Shown here: positions 1 through 12,766 of the stretch, in pieces
Layout: each line of letters begins with the position of its first letter
How positions within the stretch are numbered: the first letter of the stretch is position 1
Source: Camelus dromedarius
Lineage: Eukaryota
Direction: 5' to 3'
NCBI RefSeq assembly: GCF_036321535.1
Contig: NC_087438.1
Span: 2,172,001 to 2,236,000 of the forward strand
Length of the DNA stretch: 64,000 bases
Program-made: the position numbers and the translations under genes
Notes under the pieces: model-generated
Told to the model about the DNA's origin: nothing
Databases searched by the model: none
Seen by the model: the letters and a program-made list of their open reading frames with translations, nothing else

Positions 1-794
1 AAAAAAGAGACAGACCCTGTTATCACAGATGGGGGACAGTTGTAAAAGGAAACAGGAAAGCAATGAAAAAGAGGATAGTTCACTTAAAAAAATTAAATAT
101 CTGTCATATCTGTCATGCAGATTCATTACAGACTGATGGCCAATAAAAGGAGAAGGCAAGGATGGTTTGATCCTGGAACAGCTTCAGAGGAAAATCAAGC
201 TGAGGAAGACCTTGAAGAACGAGGTGGTCTTGGAAAGAAAGGGGGCCTTTATTTTGGAAGTCAAGGTTATCTGATCCAGACTTGCAGCTGCAAGACTGCA
301 CTGTCAGAGGACAAGAAGCTGAAGCTGAAGATCAGGTGTGTAAATATTCAAAGAGGTACGTAAGTCCATATTTTTTACTGCAATGATCAGTCTTCATCCT
401 CTGCACAAAGATGAAGTGTTAGAACAAGTGAGGATTATGAAAAATGCCATAGGGAGAGTTTAGGTTAGCTTAGCATTTTGCACAAATCCCTCAGTTAAGC
501 ATGTGTAGAATTCCAAAGCCTAGAGAGTAATAGGAGGCAGGTCAGGGCAAATGAGGTCATGGCAAGGGACCAAGAGAGATGGTAAGACTTTAAATTGGAC
601 TGTTGCAGAGGGAATGGAAGGGAAGAATTATAATGTAACTGTGGCAATAATGACAATGGCATTGCCAAACTGACTGCCCTGTGCAAGTGATGTAAAGCAC
701 ATGCACTCCTCTTGTAACTGCTCACATATGCATCTAATTTCAGTGTTTATATTTTTGCTGTTACATCATAACTTTCCTCTTAAAGTTAAGTTTT

Positions 795-900
795 GAGCCA
801 TTTACTGAGGATTTATTTGGCACCAGACAACATTCTAGGCACTTCACCTACACATACAACTTTAGTGATTCCTTCCAACATCCCAGAGATTTTGGATAAT
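795..900. mobile_element. MIR-like SINE fragment
   Basis: 'catttactgagg...caccagacaacattctaggcacttcac' resembles the MIR core; heavily diverged. Confidence 0.4.
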
Positions 901-1043
901 TACTTCAATATTATTTAATTATCCAGTTTTTGCAAATAATCTTTAAATAAATTCAATAAATGGCTACATACATTTTGCAAAGTTTTGAATTACTATCATT
1001 TCCCATAAGCAAATCCGTCCAAATGGGATATGATCTGTTCATA

Positions 1044-1190
1044 TCAGTGTTTCTCAGCCAGGAACCATGATAAAAATCCTGATTCTAACATCCCACACCC
1101 AGAGATCCTGAGTTAATCAGTCAGATCTGGGGTCTCAGAACCTGCATTTTAATAAGTTCCTAGTTATTTTTATGCAGTTTGAGAATGCAG
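1044..1190. mobile_element. MER5-like hAT-Charlie non-autonomous DNA transposon relic
   Basis: Starts 'cagtgtttctca', has internal 'cccagagatcctgag...ctgcattttaataag', ends 'tttgagaatgcag' (degenerate terminal inverted repeats). Confidence 0.6.
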
Positions 1191-3369
1191 TTAAGCTGCT
1201 GAGATCTTGACCTTCTGGGGCTCCTCTCTTGACAGTAGCTCACTGTGAAACAGTATTATGAGCAAAGAGTAAAAGGACAAAAAAGATTGACATAAAAAGG
1301 CAAATCAGCATGTTTAATGCCTTGTTATTTGAGGCATAAACAGACACCTGCTCATCCCTCTCACTTATCTGAGGCCTCGAATCTCTTCATTTGAGGATGA
1401 TTCTCCATCCATCTGCCCTTCCTGTGCACCTCTACAGAGCATGCGTGTTTTCTATGCCTTTCTATTTCCATACATCTATGTGACCACCTCACGATGCCCC
1501 TGGAATTTTTTTCTGCTTTATTTGTGTATTGTTGTTTCAAATAGAGAGACATATCTGTCACAGTCACATTTCATTGTGCTGCAAAATATGGGACAATTTC
1601 CTTTGGTTAGCTGAGTGCAGCGCCCTGGCTCAGCCACTGCGCATCTCTTTATTTTGCTTTCTCAGGGGCTCCACAGGCTCTCAGGACCGTGGTAGCTGCA
1701 GCTCCTGCTCACCGGCAGGCAGGAGCCCTAGGGCCTAATCTAACTTCCTAATTAACAGCCTCGTCCCTCCTGCCTCAGGTGTGCAGGGCACTCCTCAGAC
1801 ACAGACTCCACCACAGCTTCCTAGGGGTGGGAAATTGCTCCGAGGAAAGGCAGGCAAAGGTCAGATCTTAGAAAGGAAGTGATAGTCCTTTGGAAATTGC
1901 AAGGGTCAGCTCGATAATCACCCAGCTGAAGTGAGCCACAGCCCAGGCCCCAAGTTGCAGAACATACTGCACCTCTTTAGTGATGACTCGGGGCCTTCTT
2001 AATCTTTGCGATGCATGTGTGTCTCTTGAGCAGTCATGATGGGCAACGACTTTCCTCTGATACACTCTCCTATGTCTGAGTTTCTCTGTCCTGGACACTT
2101 AAATAGGTGCTTTTCCACTCCTACAAACAAAGCTAAGACCATGAGCTCGGCTGAGACTGCTGGCTGCATCCCTGAGTTTTTTCCTAGAGACAGTCCTTCA
2201 GTGGAATTTCTGGGCTGAAATTGTGGCCGTGCTAAAACTCTTACTATACACTGGCAAAATGCTCTACAGAAAATGTGTGCCAAATTTAAAATTGTGCTGA
2301 AACTGAGAAGTGGCCCAGAGCATCTGGGACAAGACTCAGCACTGCCTGCTGGATCCTGATGGACCAGGCAAAGGTTTAACGTGCATCTTATCTGGATGCA
2401 ATGATGTTGGAAAATCATTTCCTAACTTTACTGGGTATCTTTGTTTCTTACCTTGTATTTTCAAACTTGTCTTTTTTTTTCATTGAATTTTTTTGGTAGA
2501 AATTATGCTTTAAGAATTACCCAACACATAGATTACAGATCCACTTGAAAAAGTGGATTTTTTTCTCCATTTAGGGTATTTTTAATGTCATAAACTTCCA
2601 TCACAATGGAGATTTTCCAGTGCCTAATGTGCTTAAAATGTCTCATTTCTCAGATCAGAGAGAGAAAAAAATTGTTTTCATTCTGTACAGTATTTCTTTA
2701 ATCTACTCAAAGAGTATTTTTCAAAGGGTATAATTTGGGTTTCTGTCGTTTTTTTCAAATACTCATTTTGGAAAATTATTTTCTGAATGATGCTTCCCTC
2801 CTCATTTTTTTCTGTTTCTTGCATTTTTGGCCAAAAAGCAAGTCCGGAACCAGAGGAGGGGAGCGTCATTCTATTCTCCTGATCATCAGCCCGAGGGTGA
2901 GTCCTGGTCAGTGGACAAGGTCATCTCATATCGTGAATGACAGAGACCCACCCGTCACTCTTATTTTTAAGCATTTTCTTATTGACACTTGTTGCTGTGT
3001 TCCGGCTGAAGTATAGAGCCTTCGGCGTCAAGGTGGAAAACCTGGCTGGGACTGGCAGCAAATCTGGGCCTGGCGGGGAGTGAGCAGCTCACATCTCTGG
3101 AACTTCCTGTGGGGCCTGTGTCAGAGCCAGTGTGCTCTGTGTGTGACTGTGCTGCTCTCCCACTGGTGAAGGTACCACCATTTCGAGACGAGAAACCTGA
3201 GACAGAAAGAGACCTGGGTTTCACAGGAACAGAGAGCGAGCCGACACGTGGCCCAGACAGACTGCGGACCCACCGCCTCGTCCCCCCGCGTCACAAACAG
3301 CAGAGACCTCTCCTTGCTTGGCATCGCGTTCTCTGTCAGTGGCGTCTCCAGTAGCGTACCTTCACACAG

Positions 3370-5250
3370 AACTCACACACTTGAGTAGGTTATATATAAA
3401 AGCTTCAAGAGATTTTAACTTCTCCCATAAAATGCTTAGTCATATTTTCCTAGATTTATTACTAGAGTCTTTGTTGCTGTTGTAAAAGGTGCACCTTTAC
3501 GGACTTGTGTGTGTGGATGGAGGCAGTGAGTGTGGCTACCTTGTTGTGGTTGCTGTTATTATATTGTTCTTTATCCTGAAATCCTAATGAATTGTTTCAT
3601 GGTGCCCAAGAGGTTGCTGATTTTCTGGAATTTTCAATATAGATAATCATGCCTTCTACAAACAAGGAAAATAGTGTCTCATCCTTCCTAATGCCTACTC
3701 ATTGTATTTTTTTTTCTTTTTTAACATATAATGTCTCTGAATTGGAGGTTTTAAAAAATGTTAAATAGAAGGAGGTGAGGTGGACAATCTTGATTTCTTC
3801 CTGATTTAATAAAAACACTTCTAATCTCCCATTATTAAGGAGTATGCAGTCTCTGGTGGGTGACTTTATTGCAATAGTGATGTCTTCCTGGTTCTCCAAG
3901 ACTTTCTCTTGAATGAGTGTCGAATTTTATACAATTTTGCCTCTAATGAGATTACATGTTTTATTTTTTTCTCTTTAAATATATTAATCTGTGTTAATTA
4001 GGTTGATAGATGTTTTAATATCAAATCATCCTCATAGTCTGAAGACAAATGCTACTTATAAATTACATACAGTTTTTACATATACTACTAAACTTGCTCC
4101 TTTTGATTAAATATTATATTATTTTATCTGCTCTATTAGATTTTTTGTTTCATGTTTATTATCACTCTGTAGTCATCTCAAAAATTTTAAAAAATGGATA
4201 GTTAACCTATCACCACTTCCCTTAAGTTAGCACCTTTATACAGCCCTGCAATGAAATACCCAAGAGCAATCTGACTCGACTTTACACCCCTGCTTTTTTA
4301 CTTACTGTCATGTATTTTATTTCCATACATGTTACGTGCCCCTAAGACATTGCTATTATTTTTGTTTTAAACAGATAATATATTTTAGTTATATTTTTCT
4401 TTTTCAATGATCTTTCTTTGCCCCATTTCTCTGCCTTTTTTCTTGAATCACATTCTTTGCTCCTGAAGAAGCTCCTTTCCTATTTCTCATAGCGTGAAAT
4501 CTGATGGAAATAAATGCTCTCAGCTTTTATTTGTCAAAAAAGTCTTTATTTCCCTTTAATTTTGAGCAATATTTTCACAGAGCTTCAGTCGGTCACTGTC
4601 CCCTTCCCCTGAGGTTTACAGATGCTCCATCCCAGTGCTTTTAATATTTCCCTTTATCTTTGGTTTTAAACAATCAGACAATGACATGATTAACTGTAGT
4701 TTTCTCTGCATTGTGCCTTGAGTCTGCTAAGTTTTTGTAAGCTGTAAGTCAGTCTTTTATCATCTGGAAAGTTCTGGGTGACTACTTTTCAATACTGCTA
4801 CTGTTTTGTTCCTTCATTCAAATCTTCACTCATATTTCTCTGTTTTGTTGTTTCCATTCTTTCTTAGCTCTAAAATTGAGCCCAAGCATTATATTCTGAA
4901 TTCTTTTCAAGTTTACAAATTCTATCTTCTGCTTTAACTTTAAAATTAACTCAATATGCATGTTTTAAAAATTTTAGATGTTTAGTTTGTGGTTCAGTAA
5001 TGCTCATTTGAGTACATTTTGCTCACACTTGTTTGTCTGTGTGTCCATATCAGTCACAGTCATTTTGAAGTCTTTACCCACTAAAATGGTATTTGAGTTC
5101 TCGCTTACCTGCTTCTATTGAATATTTTACCTCTTGACTCTTTACCATTTTTCCCTGACTCTGCACATGTGTGTGTGTATGTATTTATCGCGTGTTGGAG
5201 TTAGTCTGTGATTTACTGTGAGGACTTTGGATTCTGTTTTTTTCCTCTAA
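3370..5250 (-). mobile_element. Ancient, fragmented LINE-1 (L1M-type), antisense
   Basis: T-rich + strand; 'atagataatcatgccttctacaaacaagga' and neighbouring motifs match antisense L1 ORF2; no intact ORF. Confidence 0.6.
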
Positions 5251-5767
5251 AGAGGGTTGATTTTTTTTTTTTTTACTTTTTCCACTAAATTTGATTTATT
5301 ATCATTTTTATGTGTATTTTACACACATAGGCATAGTTTCATTGTGATTGCTTCTTTAACTTGTGAATTCGATGTGGGTTGTTTGATTTAGAATACATCA
5401 AGACGGAGGCATTTTTTGGTTGTGAATTTCCAGTTTCATCCACAGCTGTCGGTGTCCAAAGGGAGAAGCAGGGAGGTGGCAGCATCAGGGGAGGGGTGTC
5501 TTCTCCTCCATCCTATTTCCTCAAGGAGGAGGCCCTTTCCCAGAAGCTCGAGCATCTGTCCTCTTAAGTGTCTTAACAGAACACAGTCCCTGGACTCAAT
5601 CCCTGGCAAAGAGGAAAGGCCAATCCTGCATCACCCTCCAGAGTTTGGTCACCCAGACACGGTCAGTCCAGCAGAGAAGAAAGGTGCCAGTGTGGGGTCG
5701 CTGACCAGCAAAGTCTGCCACAAGCATTGGGCAGAGTCACCACGTGTGCCCTGACAGATTAGTGCTC

Positions 5768-5852
5768 CTTAGTCAGAGCTGCTGTAATAAAATGCCACAG
5801 CTTTGGTGGCCCAAACAACAGTATTTAGTTTCTCATAGTTCTGGAGGCTGGA
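5768..5852. mobile_element. MLT1 (ERVL-MaLR) LTR fragment
   Basis: 'gctgctgtaataaaatgccacag...aaacaacag...tctcatagttctggaggctgg' is a typical MLT1 terminal segment. Confidence 0.6.
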
Positions 5853-8559
5853 CAGACACTTGTCTGTGCTCTGAGTCTTCAGAACCTGGAAGAGCACCTG
5901 ACAGTAGTTAGTACTGATAAGTATCTTCTGAAGCACTCAGCTGAGCGCCGCTGTGACTCGTGTCTCTCTGTTAGTTAATAAGTTGGAATGTTTTCCTCTT
6001 AGGTGGGCCTCCAATTCATGTTTGTGTCTTTCGTGGCTTCCTGATCATTTTCTTTGTCATTTCACACCATGACTGTTAGTAAACTCACATCACTCCACCC
6101 CAGAAGAGCTGGGGTCTCCTGGTGGTGACCCCTGCTTCTGCTCAAGTTGACCCACAGTGCAGCCCAATCATACTGGAGGCAAAGCTTCATCCACGCACCA
6201 AAGCTGGGACCCGCCACCCTGCCCAGCTGCTCCTCCAGCACAGAAGGATCAGCTTCATCGTCGCACCTGAGATGCCTGCTGAACGCAGCTCCCTGCAGGT
6301 GAGAGAGCAGACATCACGGCTGAGCCCCCACATCCGGGAGCTGGGGCCCTGTCACCACAGCTGTCTGTTGAGCAGCAGCAGATTCTAATAAGGCACCTAT
6401 TTGAGGGAAGCATGCCCCAGCCCCCTGGTGAGGTGTTTATGATTTGTTCACGGGCATTAGCCAATTTTGCTCAAATGTGCACTGGACCGTGTTTCTGCAC
6501 ATTTCATGAATAATTAAAAAGTGGAAGTCTAAACAGTCCACGTGTGGGGATTTGTGTGTGATTCTCACAGTAATGACAATCGCCCAGGTCTCAGAACTTC
6601 ATCAAGAACACAGGACATTCCGACAGCAGCTTGTTGGTGATGTCAGCTGCATGGGAAATTTAAATCCTCCTTTAAAAGGTGACTCATGGTGTCTGTATTT
6701 TTGAGGATGGTGTCTCTTAACAAAAAGAAAAAGAATGATGGCTTTAAAATGGTCAAATGGTGCTTTCCCACAGCCTATGTGAACTCAGAACACAGTCGAA
6801 TAGTGCAGCATTTTCAATGTCCTTTATCTGTTTTCACCCACAAAGGCTAATGTGTTTTCTACTTATGATAAATCCATTTTAAACAATAACCCCTCTGACC
6901 TCTCTGCCAGGAGGCAATTGGAAGCAAATGATGTGGTGTCCCTGACGTTCAGCATTTCCCAGGAGTCTGGCCCTAAATTTTCATGGTGGAGTTGCTCGTG
7001 GTGGGTCTGCTCCGAGGGTCCCCTGGGGCAAAATCCTGTCCAGTACCATGGACACTTCCACCCGTCTCCCTGCGCCTGCCTGGCCCCACCAGGCGGGACT
7101 TCCCGGTCCCTCGGCTGGGACTCTCCCTTCAGGGCTGAGATCGTCTCTACCCCTCCCCCGCGGTTCTCTCTCTACCCCTCATCCCCTGCTGTTGGGATCA
7201 GGTCTGCCTCTGCCCCCTCACCCTCAAGGCCCTCCTTTCACCCAGAGAAGAACCACAGTCCTGACACGGTCCTGGCCCTCGCCCGTGCCGCTCTCCCTGG
7301 CAGCCCCCGGCCCCTCCGCTCACCCCTCGCTGGCTGCACACACAGCCTGCCTGGGGCCCTGACCCTGCCCTCCCTCCTCTGTCCAGAACATTCCGGCTCT
7401 GATGGCCATGCCTCTCTCCTTCCCTGTCTTCTGGACTCTGTCCAAAGTCACTCAGCAGAGAGACTGTCTCAGCACCCCGCCCCCAAGCCAGGCCCCACCC
7501 TTGACCCACCTCAGACGGGGAGGGGGCGCTCCTTTAGCTACTGACGATCTGCCCCCACAGCCGTGTGGGTGCCACGCAAGCAGGTTTCCTTCTCTTCCGT
7601 TCACTGTGGGTCTGGGATGAGAAGGCTTTACCCACAACGAGTAGTCAGTGTTTGTTGGACAAATAGGTCCTCAAAGTGTCCTAAGGTCTGACTTTCTCCG
7701 CAATCAGGAGCACCGTGACCCCCAGCATCCGGCACCTAAGAATTGTCTTCAGTATTTGGAAAGTTGAGAAATGTGACCGGCAAGAAAGCTGGAAAATGTG
7801 ATGCAGTGTGAACCCAGGTTTGTCCCCAGGGAGTTTCAGTGGTGCCTCGGCCGGAAGGTCACGGCCACGTGACTTCTTTCCCCCTTGCCATTGACAGTTT
7901 TGCAGAAGTCAACTCCATATTCACACATCGCTCAATCCAACCAGCCGGCCAGGTGCCCGGCGGTGCGCGCCTGTGTGTGGGCGCGGCTGCAGCCGTCTGA
8001 CGGCAAACGACTACATGGTCCGGCAGGACTCATCTCTGGAGGGGGCTTTCCTGAAGGGGCTGAGCTATGTCTCGGTGACATTTCTGTGTATGTTATGCAG
8101 GGGAGCGGGTGGGGCAGGGGAGAAAAAAGAAGAGGGAATCAAAGAGAGAAGAAGGAAAAAAGGATAGTAAAGGACGTGGCTTGTTCTGGCTGGAGATTCA
8201 ATATTTATTTCTTCCCATTTTAATGGTAAATAGAGCAAGCCTTCCTGACTGTTGTTCCTTTGAAAATGAAATTATTAGACTGTGAATTGCAGAGGCTGGA
8301 GAGCAAATCAAACAAACAAAAGATGATTTCTATTTCCTCGCTCGACGGTCTGTCCAAACCAATGAAAGCAATTCAAAGCCAGGGTCTGGGAACCAGTAGC
8401 CCATATAACACACACGGAGGCCCATTCCGTGCAGATACAAAAGACTAAGATAAGAAAGGAAAAGGGGAAATCTATATAAAAGAGGATCATCTCGGCCCTG
8501 GAAGCACAGGGGAATTGCCTTCGCTGCGATGACAGGAGAAAAGTAGAGAAGCAGTGGCT

Positions 8560-8730
8560 TCGGGCCACACGGCGCAGCCGGCGGTGTCAGCGCCAATGTC
8601 GTGCGACTCCAGCCTGACGACTCGGGGGCGCGAGCCCTCCGCCACAGCCCTTCTGCCTCCCGGGGGGACCTGCCCCCGCCGCCGCGGCCCTGCGCGCTGT
8701 CTCCCTCCCTGCCGCTACCTGGCCGGCCTC
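8560..8730. promoter_or_regulatory. Short CpG-rich patch in repeat-free DNA
   Basis: High GC with many CpGs, e.g. 'cggcgcagccggcgg' and 'gccgccgcggccctgcgcgc'. Confidence 0.4.
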
Positions 8731-9354
8731 TAATGTGTTTTTTCTCAGTGCTCCCTCCGTAATGATCCCTGTCTCCCACAAAGGCCACAGTGTAAACGAG
8801 ACGTGGCAGGCTGCAGTGAGGCAGTGTTTAAATTGAAATATTATAGGAAGGGCAGCACACGGCAGACCTTTGATGTAACAGCCCCTGTCTCAGAGGGGAG
8901 CTGGGAATACAGAAGCCATTGTCGGCCGCACAAAGTTCGTCATCCGTGCCAAGAGGGAGAGAAGAGAGCAGACAGAGTCAATAAAAATAATTCCAATTGG
9001 GTAAGCCAAGTGGGGGCTGGGAGTTCGCAAAGCTGGACGTGTGCCCTGACGGCCCCTGGCTCCGGAAAATAAAAGCAAGGGGGGCCACCAGGCTTATTTA
9101 AAGTGGCTTAGAACACGTTTCTGTATGATGGTCATCTTGTTGTTGTTAGAAAAACAAACACATAAATACAAACCATGAATGAAATGAACCTGTAAATTAA
9201 ACCATAAAATTGCTTGGGAAAGACCCCTTAGGACAAATGTGAAGATCGTGGGAGCGAGAGCAGGGCAGCCCGAGGGAGTGTCTGCACCCTTACTTGTTTT
9301 AAGGCTTGATGGAGATCCCTTTCGGTCAATAACTTCCTTGTGCGTCGCCCTAAG

Positions 9355-10775
9355 AACAGATGTGCTCACAGGTGACACGATCCCATGCGGAGAAAACCTG
9401 AAAGATTCCACGAAGGAAAAGCAGAGCCCCGTCAGAACCGATAATGCATTCAGCGAAGTTGCAGAAGATAAAACCAACACACAAAAAACCAGCTGCCTTT
9501 GTAGACACCGGCAATGATCAATCCAAAAAGAACATTTTTTTTAATTCCATTTATAATAGCATGAAAAGGAACAACATCGCTTAGGAATAAACCTATCCAA
9601 GGAGAGGAAATACTTGAACACTGAAAACTACAAAACATTGCTGAAAGAAAATAAAGACATAAATGGAAAGAGAGTTAATAGTTAATATTAAGATATCAAT
9701 ATACTACCCAAAGGGATCTACAGATTCAGTACAATTGGAATCAAAATCTCGGCAATGTTTTTTACAGAATGAGAAAAAAATCTATCTTAAATTTCATATG
9801 GAATTTCAAGGGACCCTGAACGGCCAAAGCAATCTTGAAAAAGAAGTATGGAGTCGGCAGTCTCACCCTTTTTGATTTCAAAGCTTACTACAGAGCTACA
9901 GCAACCAGAGAGTGTGGTGCTGGCATAAAGACAGACATACAGACCAACGGAATAGAACAGAGGGCCCAGAAATGAGCCCTCAGGTATATACGGTCAAACG
10001 ATTTCCAACAAAGATGTCAAACCATTCAGTGGAGAAATGACAGTATTTTCAATACATGATGTTGAGTAAACTGGATATCCCAATGCAGAAAAGAATAAAT
10101 TTAGACCTTTATCTCATATCATATACAAAAATTAACACATCATGGGCCAGGGACCTCAAAGAACTATAAAGCTCCTAGAAGAAAAGTTAGAAGACACGCT
10201 TCATGACATTGCACTTGACAATGACTTCTTGGATGTGACCCCAGAAGTACAAGTAACAACAATAACAACAAAAAATCAGATACATTGGACTTCTGGATTT
10301 TAATCATCAAAAATTAGAAACCTTTGTGCATCAAAGGATACAGTCAACAGAGTCATCTCACAGACTGAGAGAAAATAGTTGCAGTATCTGATAAGGAGTT
10401 ACTATTCAACTTATATAAAGAACTCCTACAACTCAATAACAGAACAACCCAATTAAAAACAGACAAAGGACTTGGATAGACATCCCTCCAAAGATACACA
10501 AACAGCCCATAGTGCATAAAAATATGCTGAACATCACTCATCATCAGAGAACTGCAAATCAAACCTCAGTGAGATACCAGATCACACGCACTGAATGACT
10601 GTTAGGGAAAAAACATTGGTGAGGATGTGGAGAGCTTGGAACCGCTGTGCACCGTTGGTGAGAATGTACAATGGCTCAGCTGCTGTGGAAAGCAGTGGGT
10701 CTAGTGGGTCCTGTAAAAACTAAACATGGAATTACTGTATGATTCAGCATGTCCCCTCCTGGGTATTTGCTCAAC
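9355..10775 (+). mobile_element. Degenerate LINE-1 ORF2 fragment (RT catalytic region to C-terminus)
   Basis: ORF 9239-9517 'LTGDTIPCGENLKDSTK...NAFSEVAEDKTNTQK' is a decayed form of L1 'LFADDMI.Y.ENPKDSTK...[15 protein letters not shown]'; ORF 9663-9875 'LKFHMEFQGT..GQSNLEK' also matches ORF2; multiple stops and frameshifts. Confidence 0.9.
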
Positions 10776-11737
10776 AGAAAGAAGGTGCACAAGGACGTCG
10801 AGCGGTGCCGGCGCAGGAGGGGATATATCACAGTCACGTGGACTCTTACAAGAAGCAGTTGTCCTGTTGTCAGTAAAACAGTTGTTTCCAGTTAAAATAA
10901 TTTGTCTTACTCTGTCAGAGGCTGAGTGATTCTGAATGAGTTAAAGCATCTGATTCAAGTCAAATATTCCAATCAGCTGCTTCTTCCACAAGGAAGGGTG
11001 CAGAAAGGTGGCCAGACTCTTCAGCTGCCGTGGTCAATATCACTGAGCAGTGGGAGTGAATTAAAGCCCCCGAATCAAAGTTTGGCTTCCTCCTGTGGTC
11101 TGTAGGATGGCCTGTCGAGTGGGGAGACACAGAAGTATCTGGGCAGCGGAGCCCAAAATAAAACAGCTCCTGTCCTGCAGCTGCGGGTTTTTTTTCTTTT
11201 TCTCTTTTTTTCATGCTTTGTACTGGGGTAGAAAGAGCAAGAAAGCGGAATTTCAGGCTTTCAGCCTTGTCTGAGCCTGTTGCCGTCCTCAGCTGCCTCA
11301 TGATAAGAAGAGAGAGAGAGAAGTGACGTTAATTAGAGCCACACTGTGCAGCTCACTGGGGGGCTATAAAAGTAACAGGAGATGACGGACAAGAAAACAC
11401 TTCGAAGTTTAAAACTGATGCACAGTAGGCTATTAGTTTTATTACTGAATGACGTATCTCGTCAAGGAGATGCTTGTTCAGAGTGTCTTTCTAGCCCCTA
11501 AATTATACCAACAATAAAAGAAAACATGAGCTTGTTGGGGGAATAAACTGACATTGTTCTCTTAGACAATTGCTATTCACCATCATGCTTTAGCTCATAA
11601 AATAAGTTTTAGATTTTGCTGTATGATTGATAGGATCGGGTGGTCCCAGGCAAACTGGGACTGTTAAGAGAGTCCTCTGGCCATTAAAATGCATTGTCCT
11701 CTGTGTCTCGTGGCTGAATGTCTTCTCAAATGTCTCA

Positions 11738-12680
11738 TCAGTTCATGGATTCGTTCATTCCCAGAGTGTTCAGTGAATGGCTCCTGGGCACCACAGCAGC
11801 CCCAGGGGCTGTGGGGTGATATGGGTTTCCCCTGCGGCGTTTGCTGTACAGAGTAACTACAAAGCCAGGGAGTGATTCAGACCCTCTAAGACCAGGTGTC
11901 CAAGTCTGGGCGTGGGCAGGGAGGCAGTTGCTACCAGGGAGAAGCAGAGGAAGCCCCACGGCCCTGGTGTCAGCACGGCCGAGACTGGACCGTTCGCAGG
12001 CAGGTGTGGCTGTGGCCTGAGAAGAAAGAGAGTGGGCAAAGGATAGAGAATACGGACTCACCTGTCCCCAGTTTCATTTCTCACCACCACATTTCAACCC
12101 CTTCGCACACTCTCCTGTGGAACTCTTTTTTGCTGGGTGCCCACAGAGGCACACACACTCTCCCAAGGGGCTGCGGTGAGGCCAGAGGCATCGCAGGCGT
12201 GCACCGCGTAGCAACATCACACAACGTTGACTGAGCCCTTGCTGTGAACTAGGCTTTGGAGATGCAGAGAAGTCAGTCCGAGCTTCTCCCTCAAGGAACT
12301 AGCAGTGTGGTGGCACCAACTGAAAACACACAAGGAGGCAAATGAAGGAATGACCTGGTCTCATTCGTGCAACGAAGGAAGACGAGCCAGGTCACGGCAG
12401 GGAGAGTGATGAGGCGGGCAGGGACAGTGGAGCTGGAGGAACCAGGGACAGCTTCTCTGGGGGGAGCACTTCTGAGGAGAGCCCTAGATGAGGAGAGGGA
12501 GTGAGGGAGAGCAGGACCAGGGGGAAGGGTGTTCCAGGCAGAGGGAACTGCCCTCTAAGGCTCTGAGTGAGAGTGAGCAGGGTGTGCTGGAGGTGAGTGT
12601 GGCTGAGCCCATGAAAGCGGGTGTGGCCCCAGAGGAAGCAGAGGGGCCATGGGGAGGGGAGGACACAGGGCAAAGCGCTT
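11738..12680 (-). mobile_element. L2 LINE fragments (discontinuous)
   Basis: 'ttcatggattcgttcattc...cagtgaatggctcctgggcacc' and 'gggaagggtgttccaggcagagggaactgcc' are typical of the L2 3' region. Confidence 0.5.
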
Positions 12681-12689
12681 GAGGTTATT

Positions 12690-12766
12690 TTTTCCTGGGA
12701 GGAAATTCCTAGGTTTCATCAAATTTCCAAGGAGTTTGTGGCCCAAAGCAAAGGTTAGAGCCACTG
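12690..12766. mobile_element. hAT-Charlie-type MITE terminal fragment
   Basis: 'tttcatcaaatttccaagg...aaaggttagagccactg' ends in a hAT-like terminal repeat; subfamily uncertain. Confidence 0.35.

Noticed and set aside
115..363. 82-aa ORF ending near a GTAAGT donor-like site
   Set aside because: No recognisable protein similarity, no clear partner exons; cannot be supported as a coding exon
6852..7544. 230-aa ORF
   Set aside because: Pro/Ser-rich translation of GC-rich DNA that partly resembles L2; no domain recognised
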